Below are positions 30,901 to 40,407 of a stretch of DNA of 64,000 nt, piece after piece. Each line of letters begins with the position of its first letter. The first letter of the stretch is position 1. Under the pieces are notes generated by a model. It worked only from the letters and a program-made list of their open reading frames with translations, was not told the origin of the DNA and did no database searches. The DNA is from an uncultured Legionellales bacterium (GTDB lineage: Bacteria > Pseudomonadota > Gammaproteobacteria > UBA1113): NCBI GenBank assembly GCA_945957175.1, contig CAMFJL010000004.1, positions 21,994-85,993 of the forward strand, in the 5' to 3' direction. The position numbers were made by a program, and so were the translations under genes.

Positions 30901-33664
30901 GTTTTTTTGATGGCTCAAAGCCACTGCCTAATGCGTTAGAGGAAGATGATTGGGATGGTTCATCAAGATCGGCGCCTTGAAATAGCGCTTTTACTATGTC
31001 GTTTATATCTAATGTGTCCATATCTCCGTAGACCCCATACACACCAACACCGCTCGATTGACCTTTGAAAGCGCGTGTTTTAGTGTTAGACCTCTGTCCA
31101 CGTGATCTTGACTTTGAACCTTTGTTACTAAGACGCATAGCCGAGGCATCTGATGACGAAAATACTTCACTTGGAATAGTTGATTGTCTATTTTCATGAG
31201 CTTGAGCGAGAGCCTTAGTTCTAGAATTCTTTCTACGTGATCTTAACTTTGAGCCTTTGTTGGTGGAGCTCATAACTGAAACATCCGATGACGATGACGC
31301 ATCAGAGGATGAGGTCGCTGATGAGGCAGCAGCTGGCGCTACACTATTCCCTTTTGGTGGATGCGTTAAAGCGAGTTGTTGCGCCCGATATGCTTCAAAA
31401 CTTGTACCTCGCTCAGCTGGCGCATCAGACCAACAACTATCATCAGCCCAAATTGAGTGCGCATTAAGCAGATCACCGTGCCGAATATAACGATTCATAA
31501 GTTCACGCCATTCTTTTGGCGATGATGCACCCGCTCTATTTGCATCATTTTCGTTATTGTCATCACCAAAACCACTAATCGTCTGACGATAGGCTTGTAC
31601 GATTTTACCTAGGTGATGTTCATCTTCAAACTCGTACATATAAAGTGCACGAGTCGTGCGTGTTTGTGCAGTATAAAACGCATTAAATGCGGTCACACAA
31701 GCCGACTGCCTAAGCTGGCTTCTCTTATCTTTAGCACATCCTTGTGCACTTTTTGCTGTTAGCGGTTCTGCGGGTAAGAGGGTGTTGGCCTCATGAAAGC
31801 TAGGATCATGTAATAGATCCCACGTAATGATAGTATCATACTCAAGGCCTTTGATATCCTGAGGCGCCATGACAGGGGTTTTACCCAATAATTTTTTTAA
31901 TTCCCCGACAAGTTCCGGCCGAGTAATAACTGCAACGTTGGCTTTACCTTCTGTAATTTTAATAAGGTCTCGAAGGTATTCACCCGTTGGTAAACGCGCA
32001 ATGATATGTGCATTAGGTGGTATATGAGGCGCTCGTGTTACAGTGGTTTTCTGGCCCTTTGCCTTATGTACACTTGCCGCAGGTATTTTGACTTGAGGTG
32101 CCGGCGACATGGTCACCCATTTGACAAAACCAACCTTGCTTCTTGCGCGCTGTCCATCTGAACGTTCGAGTACGGGATAGTCTTCTTTATCACTCATTCG
32201 CTTATTGGAGGCAAGCGCCTTGAGCTTTAACGTAACGTTTGATATGTCAAGGATAACGTTAGGTAAACGATAAGAATCCGTAAGAATCGATGGCTCTGCT
32301 TTCAGTTGATGAATCAAATAAGGCCGTATGGATAATCTGAAATGACTGTCTATTTGTTGGTGTGTATCCATGCCATAGACAATGCGTTGTTCATAGGCCG
32401 CTTGATGCATCACCATAGCAGGCACAGGCGGGTAGTCTTGAGCTTCATCAACAGCTATCAACAGATTGTTATCGATCTTACGTAGTGTTTGAAAACATTC
32501 AGTTGAGGGAATGTAAAATTGAGGATCAATAATGCCATCATTTTTTAATTGTTGACAATAATTAATACAAACACTGAAAATATGGGTTCGTTCTTTTAGG
32601 GATAGATGAGCAAAATAGGATGTAGCAGCACCTTGATTTAAGTAAGCTTGGAGTGATAATCCCACTATCAATAAAAATTCCTGAAAAAGCATGTCCATGT
32701 CTACATGTTTTTCAGTTACTGCACCACCCTTACGTTTTTTTGTTTCTGTGGGTGTGAGCATCAACAAAAGAATTTTTATTTCTTTATCACTAAAAAATCT
32801 TTCTTTACTTTGAGCTTTACTTAAAAAAGGTTTACCGTGAGTGTCTGGATCAATTCGCTTTAACAGTGATTCATAGTTACAATATTCAATATGGGCCAAT
32901 GCATCAGGCGAAAGCTGATTTTCCATAGCGTTTTTCATCTGGTCATGTAAATCTTCAGATTCCGTGACATAAAAGATACTGGGGCCTGTGGTAACTGCCG
33001 TGTCAAAGGAAACTGTTGCACTTGATGCTGCTGAACTGGATGAAGACGTTGAAAAGCTGCTTGAGCTGGAATGAGAGCCACTCGATTGTATTGATGATAA
33101 CCCAGGCGCAGCGGCTTCATTGGCCCAAAGCGCTAATCGTGCAGCCATGATAATGGTTTTACCGGAGCCGGGTGGTCCCGTTAAGACTTGCGAGGTTGTC
33201 TTGGTCTTAAGCGCCATTTCTTGAGGACCATCAAGTCGAATATCCGCGCCATTGTAGTAGATGTGCCCTGGATGGGGAGCTGCATCAGCCGCGATCACCA
33301 CATCATCGCAGTCACCCTCATCCTCAATAATAGGCAGCAGATCAAGTCCAACAGCAAGCTGATTGAGATCCATGCGTGCTTCGTTGTCAGCTTCGATCTG
33401 TCTTTTGGCTGCGTCATAGTTGTGAGTTGGTAAATGCTTGTAAAAGCATAAGGTGCGGGCACCGGGGTCACCGACTAAGACAAATAACAGGCGTCCGGTA
33501 CCATCGGTGCGCATCGACCATACCCGCTCACCTCGGAGTCTAGGGCCATGCAAACACTCAAAATCGCCCTTCAATCTTAATGTGCAAAGTTTATTGGTAG
33601 TTGCTGGATAATCATTGTGTACATAGCCAGGAACGGCTACAAATTGATATAATGCATGTGCCAT
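27914..33664 (-). CDS. Multidomain protein: RelE/ParE-like N-terminus + SF1 (UvrD-like) helicase + 21 ankyrin repeats
   Basis: Helicase motifs GPPGSGKT, VDEAQD, MDTHQQI, SYRLP, IKGLEYD, FYTAQTR; 21 TALH-type repeats; Ser-rich linkers. Confidence 0.8.
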   Translation of the reverse strand: MAHALYQFVAVPGYVHNDYPATTNKLCTLRLKGDFECLHGPRLRGERVWSMRTDGTGRLLFVLVGDPGARTLCFYKHLPTHNYDAAKRQIEADNEARMDLNQLAVGLDLLPIIEDEGDCDDVVIAADAAPHPGHIYYNGADIRLDGPQEMALKTKTTSQVLTGPPGSGKTIIMAARLALWANEAAAPGLSSIQSSGSHSSSSSFSTSSSSSAASSATVSFDTAVTTGPSIFYVTESEDLHDQMKNAMENQLSPDALAHIEYCNYESLLKRIDPDTHGKPFLSKAQSKERFFSDKEIKILLLMLTPTETKKRKGGAVTEKHVDMDMLFQEFLLIVGLSLQAYLNQGAATSYFAHLSLKERTHIFSVCINYCQQLKNDGIIDPQFYIPSTECFQTLRKIDNNLLIAVDEAQDYPPVPAMVMHQAAYEQRIVYGMDTHQQIDSHFRLSIRPYLIHQLKAEPSILTDSYRLPNVILDISNVTLKLKALASNKRMSDKEDYPVLERSDGQRARSKVGFVKWVTMSPAPQVKIPAASVHKAKGQKTTVTRAPHIPPNAHIIARLPTGEYLRDLIKITEGKANVAVITRPELVGELKKLLGKTPVMAPQDIKGLEYDTIITWDLLHDPSFHEANTLLPAEPLTAKSAQGCAKDKRSQLRQSACVTAFNAFYTAQTRTTRALYMYEFEDEHHLGKIVQAYRQTISGFGDDNNENDANRAGASSPKEWRELMNRYIRHGDLLNAHSIWADDSCWSDAPAERGTSFEAYRAQQLALTHPPKGNSVAPAAASSATSSSDASSSSDVSVMSSTNKGSKLRSRRKNSRTKALAQAHENRQSTIPSEVFSSSDASAMRLSNKGSKSRSRGQRSNTKTRAFKGQSSGVGVYGVYGDMDTLDINDIVKALFQGADLDEPSQSSSSNALGSGFEPSKKQIEDFFAAVLSASSGFEQGWLVGSLIEKNIALINAVNDNGQTMLHVIAAKLFPAALSMLKRFAGLSKEKGSLDVRDQDGQTALHVAVAVGNVAAVEALLQHGVDVTLTDNKGRTALHIAAAEFGSRGLEMLRHLVRPTKAKGSLDVRDQDGQTALHVAAAAGRVGPVEALFEHGADVTLTDNKGQTALHIAAAKFGFQALDILKCIIGPSRDKGSLDVRDQDGQTALHVAAAGGMAAFMESLLEDGADVTLLDHKGQTALHIAAAKCSPWTSEIFKRFVVIVEEKKFLNVQDQDGRTALHVAVAAKRADFIESLLEHGADVTLLDHQGRTALHIAAASSLFPERIEVLEHIVVAAKAKGILDVRDQDGQTALHVAVAVGNVAAVEALLQHGADVTLTDNKGQTALHIAAAKFGLRGLEMLRCLAGPTKAKGSLNVRDQDGRTALHMATAAGDVAAVEAFLQHGADVTVTDNKGQTALHIAAAEFGLRGLEMLMCLAGPTKAKGSLNVRDQDGQTALHMAVIARKVAIVEVLLKHGADVTLTDNKSQTALHIAAAKFGLWELEMLRCLVRLFKEKNGLDVRDQDGRTALHVAAARDVAVVEVFFNHGADVTLRDNKGRTALHVAAAEDVAVVEALLKHGADVTLRDNKGRTALHVAAAGDVAVVEALLKHGADVTLRDNKGRTALHVAAAAGDVAVVEALLKHGADETLQDNQGQTALYLAISNCTGKGFEIFKLLIAAFKAKGLLDVLANDGQSALHRAIHYSNKRIYRSLLEAGANPYMGFGQSNISTTHLARLLELGVPVTTRASCIDPRLMEALQAKQDMQAPHIDWLDQALNAWLERERLRVLFTELQVALDVKEVQDKTHEAIKHDFNRADVDFNEAVAHLAALPEPELTIFIRGLRFLNKQFTADEQQLSAAVSQLYERLEVQYRRLGAVTQIVSSAAVLSETAAAATSTSATQMPLMTGSSVFFAPDPTASAAPASVQTQTPARCPSR
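28560..30800 (-). repeat. Coding tandem repeat array (ankyrin; about 213-bp dyads and about 96-bp monomers)
   Basis: Near-identical DNA blocks such as catcttggtctcgcacatcgag and gacccttattatcggttaaggtcacatcg recur many times. Confidence 0.9.
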
Positions 33665-33759
33665 AAATGTTCTAAAACTCTTTTTTCATTATAGTGTTAT
33701 CGATAAAATCATCCCCATGTTTTCAATTAGCTCACATGGCCGAAGGGACTGATGTGAGG

Positions 33760-33803
33760 ATTATATCTTAGATAAATTAAGAGACACTTAACGCTATCGT
33801 AAG
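33760..33803 (-). promoter_or_regulatory. PmrA-like box plus -10 element upstream of the helicase-ankyrin gene
   Basis: Minus strand CTTACGATA-GC-GTTAAGTGT-CT-CTTAATTTA-TCTAAGA-TATAAT resembles the Legionella/Coxiella cTTAAtatT-N2-cTTAAtatT-N7/8-(-10) layout. Confidence 0.55.
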
Positions 33804-34122
33804 AACTATTTTTTAATTCATTGAGCATTTAATTACTTTATGATATCTGTGATTTTTACCTCATCTTGCCTTAGCAAACGAATGCATTGAGAAGCAAGAT
33901 CAACAAAAAAATCAACTCAAATCAGTTAAAATATCCCACGCGATAATACAGCTCGCAAATAGTGACATCATGCTGATGGCATCCACCTCATTCGGTGACT
34001 AGCGATAGCACATTTATGAACTAGACTTATAAGAAGTGAAATGTAAGAGACTGTCTTAAACAGCCTCTACCTGACGCCCTTATAAGCTTATAAGGGTATG
34101 AGAATAGTCAACAAGGAGTCCA

Positions 34123-34677
34123 TTGATGAAACATCTAACCACCTTAGCACTAACCTTATCGTTAGTCGGACTAACCGCCGCCATACCGGTAACAGCGAGT
34201 GCAACGACCACCGGCACGACGACAGCGCCAGCAGCAGCTAGCACCCAAAAGGCGCCGGCGCATTTGTTATTTATTGTCCGTTCGCATAGTGCGGTGATTA
34301 CCGAGGCCGATGGGGTGTATAAACTCACATTGACCGGCTTAGATCCCCAAGTGTTATATTTCAGCGACCGACCACAACGTATTGCAGGTCAAATCAGTAC
34401 GACATCGGCGATAAGCAAGTGGAGTAAAGGCCCCGATAGCTTTAAGGCCGACCATCCAAATGCGGTATTTCTACACAGTCCCCTGAGTAGCAATCACACC
34501 GGCTTTGCGAAAGGTGATACAGTAACATTGTCGCATCCTGTTGCGAATGCTGATGGTAGTTGGACATTTAATATCAAAAGCATTGCAGGACAAAGTCGTG
34601 TCGGTCAGTATGATAACGCGGTTTTGTTCGTCGATTCAGCTGATTATTGCTATTCTCCATGCTATATGGGGGGATAG
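34123..34677 (+). CDS. Secreted hypothetical protein
   Basis: Signal peptide; aaggag RBS before ATG 34126; YFSDRPQRIAG and F...PNA motifs. Confidence 0.75.
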   Translation: MMKHLTTLALTLSLVGLTAAIPVTASATTTGTTTAPAAASTQKAPAHLLFIVRSHSAVITEADGVYKLTLTGLDPQVLYFSDRPQRIAGQISTTSAISKWSKGPDSFKADHPNAVFLHSPLSSNHTGFAKGDTVTLSHPVANADGSWTFNIKSIAGQSRVGQYDNAVLFVDSADYCYSPCYMGG

Positions 34678-34688
34678 ATAGCATTGGC

Positions 34689-34723
34689 GCCAGGTGAAGG
34701 CTGACTGTTCGCCTTTACCTGGC
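34689..34723 (+). terminator. Stem-loop downstream of 34123..34677
   Basis: gccaggtgaaggc / gcctttacctggc inverted repeat, 11 bp after the stop. Confidence 0.55.
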
Positions 34724-35305
34724 CTTGCCGGTTTAATTCCCAAAATAGGATCTTATTCATTATTGTCTAGATGCCGTTGGTACAAAAAAACCGGGCAGGT
34801 CACGAGCCCCACCATAGCTCTACCTCACACAGAGATTTTCCTGTGCCCTCTTTGAACTGTTGCAAATTTTACAACACTTGCCTCCCTATCTAATTCAATT
34901 ATATAGCTGGATATTGCGTTGAACATGGTCATTGCCCTCTTTCTGGGCTACCGAGGAATCCTCGATAGTTCAGAGTTCAGAAAACTCATGCCCCTGATAA
35001 AGGTTCTTAAGATGCAAACTAATATTATCAGTTGAAACATCAAATAGCTGAGCTATTTCTCTTTGGCTTAACCAAACAGTCCCATCAATCGCTCTAAGGC
35101 TAATCTCTGTTACCAATTTAGAGTGGTGACCGAATCTTTTAATAGTGCAAAAAAATTGAAAGAAGATATTGCAAAGATCCTAGCTAAATTTTAAATTCCC
35201 GATAGTTCCCAAGGTGAGAGTATAAAGTAAAATATAGAACGCCATACCCACACTATTGCTACTGAGCAATTATATATGCTCTGTGAAACTTCCAGTAACT
35301 CAGAA

Positions 35306-35371
35306 TCCGGGCGACCACAAGGGTCGCCCCTACAAGCAGCGCAACAAGTTTTTAATCAATTCGTAATGACC
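35306..35371. repeat. 66-bp direct repeat, copy 1 (contains a GTAG-type REP)
   Basis: Identical to 40408-40473 at 65/66 positions; includes gggcgaccacaagggtcgcccctaca. Confidence 0.92.
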
Positions 35372-35491
35372 GCGAGTACTACCGGCTATTGATAAAAAAT
35401 ATGAATAAATCAATAAGTTATATCTTACGTTACAGTCACATACCCCAAACATACCCCAGATTTCGTGGGATGATTTGACACAGCTTGAGAC
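35372..35491. mobile_element. Distal att-like arm with tandem CATACCCCA sites
   Basis: Homologous to 40753-40870 (ctaccggcta...aataaatcaataagttatatctt...cataccccagatttcgtggga.gatttgacac.gcttgagaca). Confidence 0.7.
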
Positions 35492-35529
35492 AACTTTAGA
35501 ATGGCCAGCCAAGTTGCACCGTATAGCTG

Positions 35530-38500
35530 TTACATCAGTGAGGAACACCCGATGCTAGGCTTTGAATCATCTGATAACATACGATGTAAGTCATTAAATA
35601 AACTACCTGAAAGGCTATGACCAAACGAGGCTACTGGTACAGTATGGGCAGTGGTAGCGCTTGTGCTCATGCTGCTTTCAGAATCATTAAGTATAGTTCT
35701 TATTGTTAAGCCTTCGATGATGTCAGGTTCGGTGAGATCGACACGCTTAGCCCAGTCCAACGCGGTGTTTCCACTGCTGTCTGCGTGATTAAGGTCCGTA
35801 CTTTCCTGAATCAATAGGCGAATCCTTGATACTATCTTGGTTAACTCGGAAGCATCGGCAGTACTTGCTGCTCCGGCTTGGACTTGGGCTATATTAGCAT
35901 CCGCTTCATGTATTAAAACTTCAACCGCAGGCTTTTTAGCTGTAGCATTAAGTCGCGCCTTTTCATAGGCATATGCAATGATGGCAAGCATCAAGGGACT
36001 CAGTTTTGCTTTTTCAATGACGAGATTAAGCTTTTGTTTTTTTATCGCAAGATGCAAAGCATCTTCAATTGAGCAACCATAGAGATAGGGTGTATATGAT
36101 GGATCGGGGTAGGACTGTCCACATGCGCCTTTTTCTAACAGCAAGGCAATAAGTTCATCATTGCCGCTGTTGAGGGCATGATATAAGGGAACATCTTCAA
36201 AACGTTGGTATGGTATACGCCCCAAAGGCGCTGGGTCAGCATGCCTGTCAAGCAATAGTCGCGCAACAGCGGTGTGCTGGTTTTTAACAGCAAGCGTAAG
36301 CGCATTAAGGCTATAAGGAAAGATGTTTGGGGATACGCCTGCGTCGAGTAATCGTTGCACTGTTGCAATATCGCCATGGTAGGATGCATTGAGTAATGCT
36401 TCGGAAGCCGTTATCGACCACTGCGGTTCATTTATCATATCAATATGCTGGTTTATTTCAGCGAGGAATCGTGTAACACGCGTTGATTTTTCTGCCACGG
36501 TTTCACCGTCAGAACATCTTAGACGAAGGTTCACAGGATATCGACTTAACCCCCAGGGTAAAGACATTATCCAAATAGCCTCAGTTGTTGGTATCACTGT
36601 ATTGTCGAGACTTTCCTCCTGGGTTATAGGAGGATTTTGATTGATAGCCTCTTTCGCCTCATTCATGATGGGATACGAGTAACCGGATTCATTATCGTCA
36701 GCTTCACACGAAGGATTGCACCGTGTCAGTACACCACTCCATGTTAACGGTGTTTCACCGTTATTATTTTGCGTATTCATATCGGCACCATGCAACAAGA
36801 GCTGGGCAATAATAGGATTGTCATAAGCATCAAGGTAATATTCGCCACACGCGTAAGCTTTGATGGCATGGTGTAATGCAGTGTTGCCGTCGTTATCTTT
36901 AAGGCTCAAATCGGTACCTGCTTCAATCAATTGGCAAATCAATGAAATGCTTGTCTCTTTACTTTGGATAGCTAGCATTAGCGGGGTGAGACCATATCGG
37001 TCTTGAAGATTTAGGTTGGTATGTTGAATGAGTGTGTTAAGAACCCGAGCATCATATAATTCCAGCATAATCGCCCAGTGTAATGCCGTGTTACCGCTAT
37101 TATCTTGGTGATTGAAGTCAGTCTCTTCCGTATGTAATGCGTGAAGAGAATCCCAAGGATTATTCAGCAATTGTTTATAGTGTGCCTTTATAGAAGCGCT
37201 ATCATGACAACGGTTCTTCTCATACCGATCATACCGAGCTTGACTTAGTTGACAATCGTAGTTAATCATCTCAGTTATCAAGGGGCTCACTTTACCCTTG
37301 CTTATCAATATATCAAGCTTTCCCCTGTTTCGAGCTAAATCCCAGGTATTGTGAATACCCCATTGGTATAGTGCATCATAAGTTGCGGTTGGAGCTTCTT
37401 GTGGATAGATGCTAGCGCCTTGCTGTAACAGCAAATGCACCATATTATCGTCATTATTGGCTATAGCAATATACATAGGTGAGAGAAGCTTTAAGTTTGA
37501 CAAGGCTTTAGGTTCTGTCGGTGCGCCAGCCCAAAGCAATACTCGTACAGCTTCGAGATGTCCTGCTCTGACAGCTTCCGATAACGCCGTCACCGCAACA
37601 GATGTCGCGTTATTATTGTTGATGATCATACCGGCTTTGAGTAGACGAATCACGACTTTAAAGTGACCTTGCTCCGCTGCTAATTTGAGACCATCGAGGT
37701 GAAGAGGAAAGCCTCGTTTAATGAATGCATTAACTAATCCTAAATGACCATGTTGACAAGCGGTTAAGAAGAGCGATATTTTCTCGCACTTGTCATAGCA
37801 AAGATAAAGTGCTTTATTTAGCAACCATTCAGTAACCTCAGGATTCGCATCAGGTGTATAAATAATATGGAAGAGAAGCTCCGCGCTATCTTGCCAAAGG
37901 AATAACTCTCGTGGGGTCACTGTCGCTGAATCCTGCACTCCTCTGCGCTGCGCATCATACGCATAGATGTTCAAATTCAGCTTCTCAAGCAAGTCGGGTG
38001 GATAAGAGTATTGGCGTAATGCTTGCTGATTCCATAAGACTATCCCTGCGTAACTAAAGTCGGATTCGATAAATGTCATAACTTGCTTCAAGGTAAGGGC
38101 GAGCGCATCGGTCCATTGTAGTACTGGGGTGGTCATCGCATGTAAAAATAGTCGATTGACTTGATATACATCTAAGGTGATAACGTCGTCTTGGGGCTGT
38201 TGTGTTGATGCAGATGCGTCAGTGATGATTGCGTGTGCTTTCTGGATTTGGATCAATATACCATCTAGTTGTGTCGGACTTAATTCAATCACGCGCGATT
38301 CATCTGATTTTATTTGCGTATGATTGCGTTTACTGGTTTCCGTTAAGATACTGTATTTCATGGCAAGTAACTCGTGTGGCAACCAGGGGCGTTTCATATG
38401 AATATCGAGTGTTGCTGTTACAATCTGACTATCAGGAGCAATAACTTTATAGGTAACTTGACCATTTTGTGTTGCTTCAAAGTATATTTTCCCACGCTCT

Positions 38501-40173
38501 ATGGCATCATTTGAAGGTAATCCAAGCACAAACTGATACCCCTCGTCGCGGTACTTAAGCTCTGCGAGCGTGTAGGCTAACTTAGCGCAGTCAATTACGT
38601 CATAGTGTTCATTTTCATTAGGTGTATTGGCGGCATACCAGTTTGCCCAAAAATGTTCGATGAAATCTTTTTCAGTAGCTTTACGTATTTTTGTATAATC
38701 TTGACGAAAACGTTCTAAATTATCTCTCAGGGTTTCCCATCCATGGCCCGTTTTCAAACCTTCTATTAGCACTTGCTGTTCAGTCTCTTGTTTTAGCTGG
38801 GAAAAATAATTTAATAGAAAGGCAGACTTATCGAAAGCTACTGCAAATAAATGTCGATTTTTATCGACTATATCCCAGGTATCGAATAAGCGACTTATTA
38901 AATAAAATTGCGCTTCACTGTTAAGTAAAGCATTATCATTATGGCTACTCGGGCTGGAAGGTGTTGACGAAGAAGAAGGTGTAGCTTGTGTAAGCGGGGT
39001 AGGAACATAATCTGTCTCAAGCCATGCGATGATAGATGGGCTTAATTGTTGAAACCTCGCTTTGGCTTGCGCGTCTTGTGTTGCACTCTTTGCAAACCAA
39101 CGGGTCATTTCTGCGAGCCATGGCGTAAAATCACATTCGATATCTATGAGACCGCTACGATGGCAATAGGTAGCAATTCTTTCAGCATGCCATTTATGGT
39201 GTTTTCTATTCGTGTCTATCCCTAATTCACTCAGATAACGCGCCTTAACATAACTTTGTAAATGATGGGCGATATTATCATCGTTAGATATGAGCGCGTC
39301 TTGCATAGACTTTGACATGATGCCTGTGCGTAACCAAGGCAATAACACCGTTCTAAAACCTTGCACAGAAATGAGTGCTTGCTGTAATATAGGTAAATTC
39401 ACCAGGTATTCGCGAATATATTTGAGCAAGGCGTTATGATCTTCCATATCAAGCGTCACACTGGCGTGGCCGATGGTTGATTGTAACCAGGTGTTTGTCA
39501 CATCTTTATGACATAAACCCATTTGCATTAAGCGTCGATTAATCTCGTGCATGGCTTCGATACGCTTATCTCGTCCAGCTATGCGTTTATCTTGCAACGT
39601 TTTATTATCCGAACTGTTTTGAATAGCGATAATATCGTTATCCCATTTGTCAGTGTATATATCTTCGTGTGTTGCAATGACTACAGCCAAGACCACACGT
39701 AAAGGAAGCTCCCAACGGGTACTAAAATATTGACCCTTTTCTTCCGTTTCAACGATTTGATAGTCATTGCCAGGGTCAAGAGGTTCACGCAATTTATTAC
39801 GCACATATACCTTGATATCTTCATCGACTAAAGCAAGTTCCATAAAATAATTATCAAGGTAAGTTTGCATGTGGCTGTTAGGGTCAGTAAACCTGCCAAC
39901 ACGTTCAATCATAGACGGCAATTCATTCAACGAAGGTGTCGAGGAAGATGGTGTTGTCACTTCTGATGAAGGGGCTAATTTTATCTCTATACAATCCGGA
40001 AACTGTTCTCTGGCCAGCGGAAGAAACACACGCGTGATGATACTGGCATTGACCGTACTGCCATGTGTGCTTTGGAGGTGTGTTAACACGCTTCTGCCGG
40101 CGACCGCCAATTGATTTAGGCTAGGTGCTTTAAGGGCTTCAGGGTTATCAGATAACGGTACTGGATCCGGCAT
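35530..40173 (-). CDS. Large ankyrin-repeat protein, putative secreted effector
   Basis: Multiple ankyrin repeats in the C-terminal half (GNTALHWA, GLTPLMLA, GNTALHHA); about 800-aa non-ankyrin N-terminus; Ser/Thr-rich tail. Confidence 0.8.
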   Translation of the reverse strand: MPDPVPLSDNPEALKAPSLNQLAVAGRSVLTHLQSTHGSTVNASIITRVFLPLAREQFPDCIEIKLAPSSEVTTPSSSTPSLNELPSMIERVGRFTDPNSHMQTYLDNYFMELALVDEDIKVYVRNKLREPLDPGNDYQIVETEEKGQYFSTRWELPLRVVLAVVIATHEDIYTDKWDNDIIAIQNSSDNKTLQDKRIAGRDKRIEAMHEINRRLMQMGLCHKDVTNTWLQSTIGHASVTLDMEDHNALLKYIREYLVNLPILQQALISVQGFRTVLLPWLRTGIMSKSMQDALISNDDNIAHHLQSYVKARYLSELGIDTNRKHHKWHAERIATYCHRSGLIDIECDFTPWLAEMTRWFAKSATQDAQAKARFQQLSPSIIAWLETDYVPTPLTQATPSSSSTPSSPSSHNDNALLNSEAQFYLISRLFDTWDIVDKNRHLFAVAFDKSAFLLNYFSQLKQETEQQVLIEGLKTGHGWETLRDNLERFRQDYTKIRKATEKDFIEHFWANWYAANTPNENEHYDVIDCAKLAYTLAELKYRDEGYQFVLGLPSNDAIERGKIYFEATQNGQVTYKVIAPDSQIVTATLDIHMKRPWLPHELLAMKYSILTETSKRNHTQIKSDESRVIELSPTQLDGILIQIQKAHAIITDASASTQQPQDDVITLDVYQVNRLFLHAMTTPVLQWTDALALTLKQVMTFIESDFSYAGIVLWNQQALRQYSYPPDLLEKLNLNIYAYDAQRRGVQDSATVTPRELFLWQDSAELLFHIIYTPDANPEVTEWLLNKALYLCYDKCEKISLFLTACQHGHLGLVNAFIKRGFPLHLDGLKLAAEQGHFKVVIRLLKAGMIINNNNATSVAVTALSEAVRAGHLEAVRVLLWAGAPTEPKALSNLKLLSPMYIAIANNDDNMVHLLLQQGASIYPQEAPTATYDALYQWGIHNTWDLARNRGKLDILISKGKVSPLITEMINYDCQLSQARYDRYEKNRCHDSASIKAHYKQLLNNPWDSLHALHTEETDFNHQDNSGNTALHWAIMLELYDARVLNTLIQHTNLNLQDRYGLTPLMLAIQSKETSISLICQLIEAGTDLSLKDNDGNTALHHAIKAYACGEYYLDAYDNPIIAQLLLHGADMNTQNNNGETPLTWSGVLTRCNPSCEADDNESGYSYPIMNEAKEAINQNPPITQEESLDNTVIPTTEAIWIMSLPWGLSRYPVNLRLRCSDGETVAEKSTRVTRFLAEINQHIDMINEPQWSITASEALLNASYHGDIATVQRLLDAGVSPNIFPYSLNALTLAVKNQHTAVARLLLDRHADPAPLGRIPYQRFEDVPLYHALNSGNDELIALLLEKGACGQSYPDPSYTPYLYGCSIEDALHLAIKKQKLNLVIEKAKLSPLMLAIIAYAYEKARLNATAKKPAVEVLIHEADANIAQVQAGAASTADASELTKIVSRIRLLIQESTDLNHADSSGNTALDWAKRVDLTEPDIIEGLTIRTILNDSESSMSTSATTAHTVPVASFGHSLSGSLFNDLHRMLSDDSKPSIGCSSLM

Positions 40174-40407
40174 GATATGTTGATCTCGCTTTTTTTATAT
40201 GCTATAATGTTGTCATGACAACACATATGATGATAAGAACTCTCCTTTTTGTGTCTGATATCGTATAACAAACAACAGCAAAATGCAAATTATTTGCTCA
40301 ATGCGTATGTGTGGTTACTGCTCACCCTGGGCTACCGACTATTCATAAAAGATATTAATAAGACAGATTATATGGCTGCCACAAACAAAACTATGCAAGA
40401 CATCTTT

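Noticed and set aside
35530..35550. C-terminal CaaX prenylation motifs in putative effectors
   Set aside because: GCSSLM (1547 aa) and PCYMGG (184 aa) have Cys at -5; CPSR (1916 aa) has an atypical aaX.
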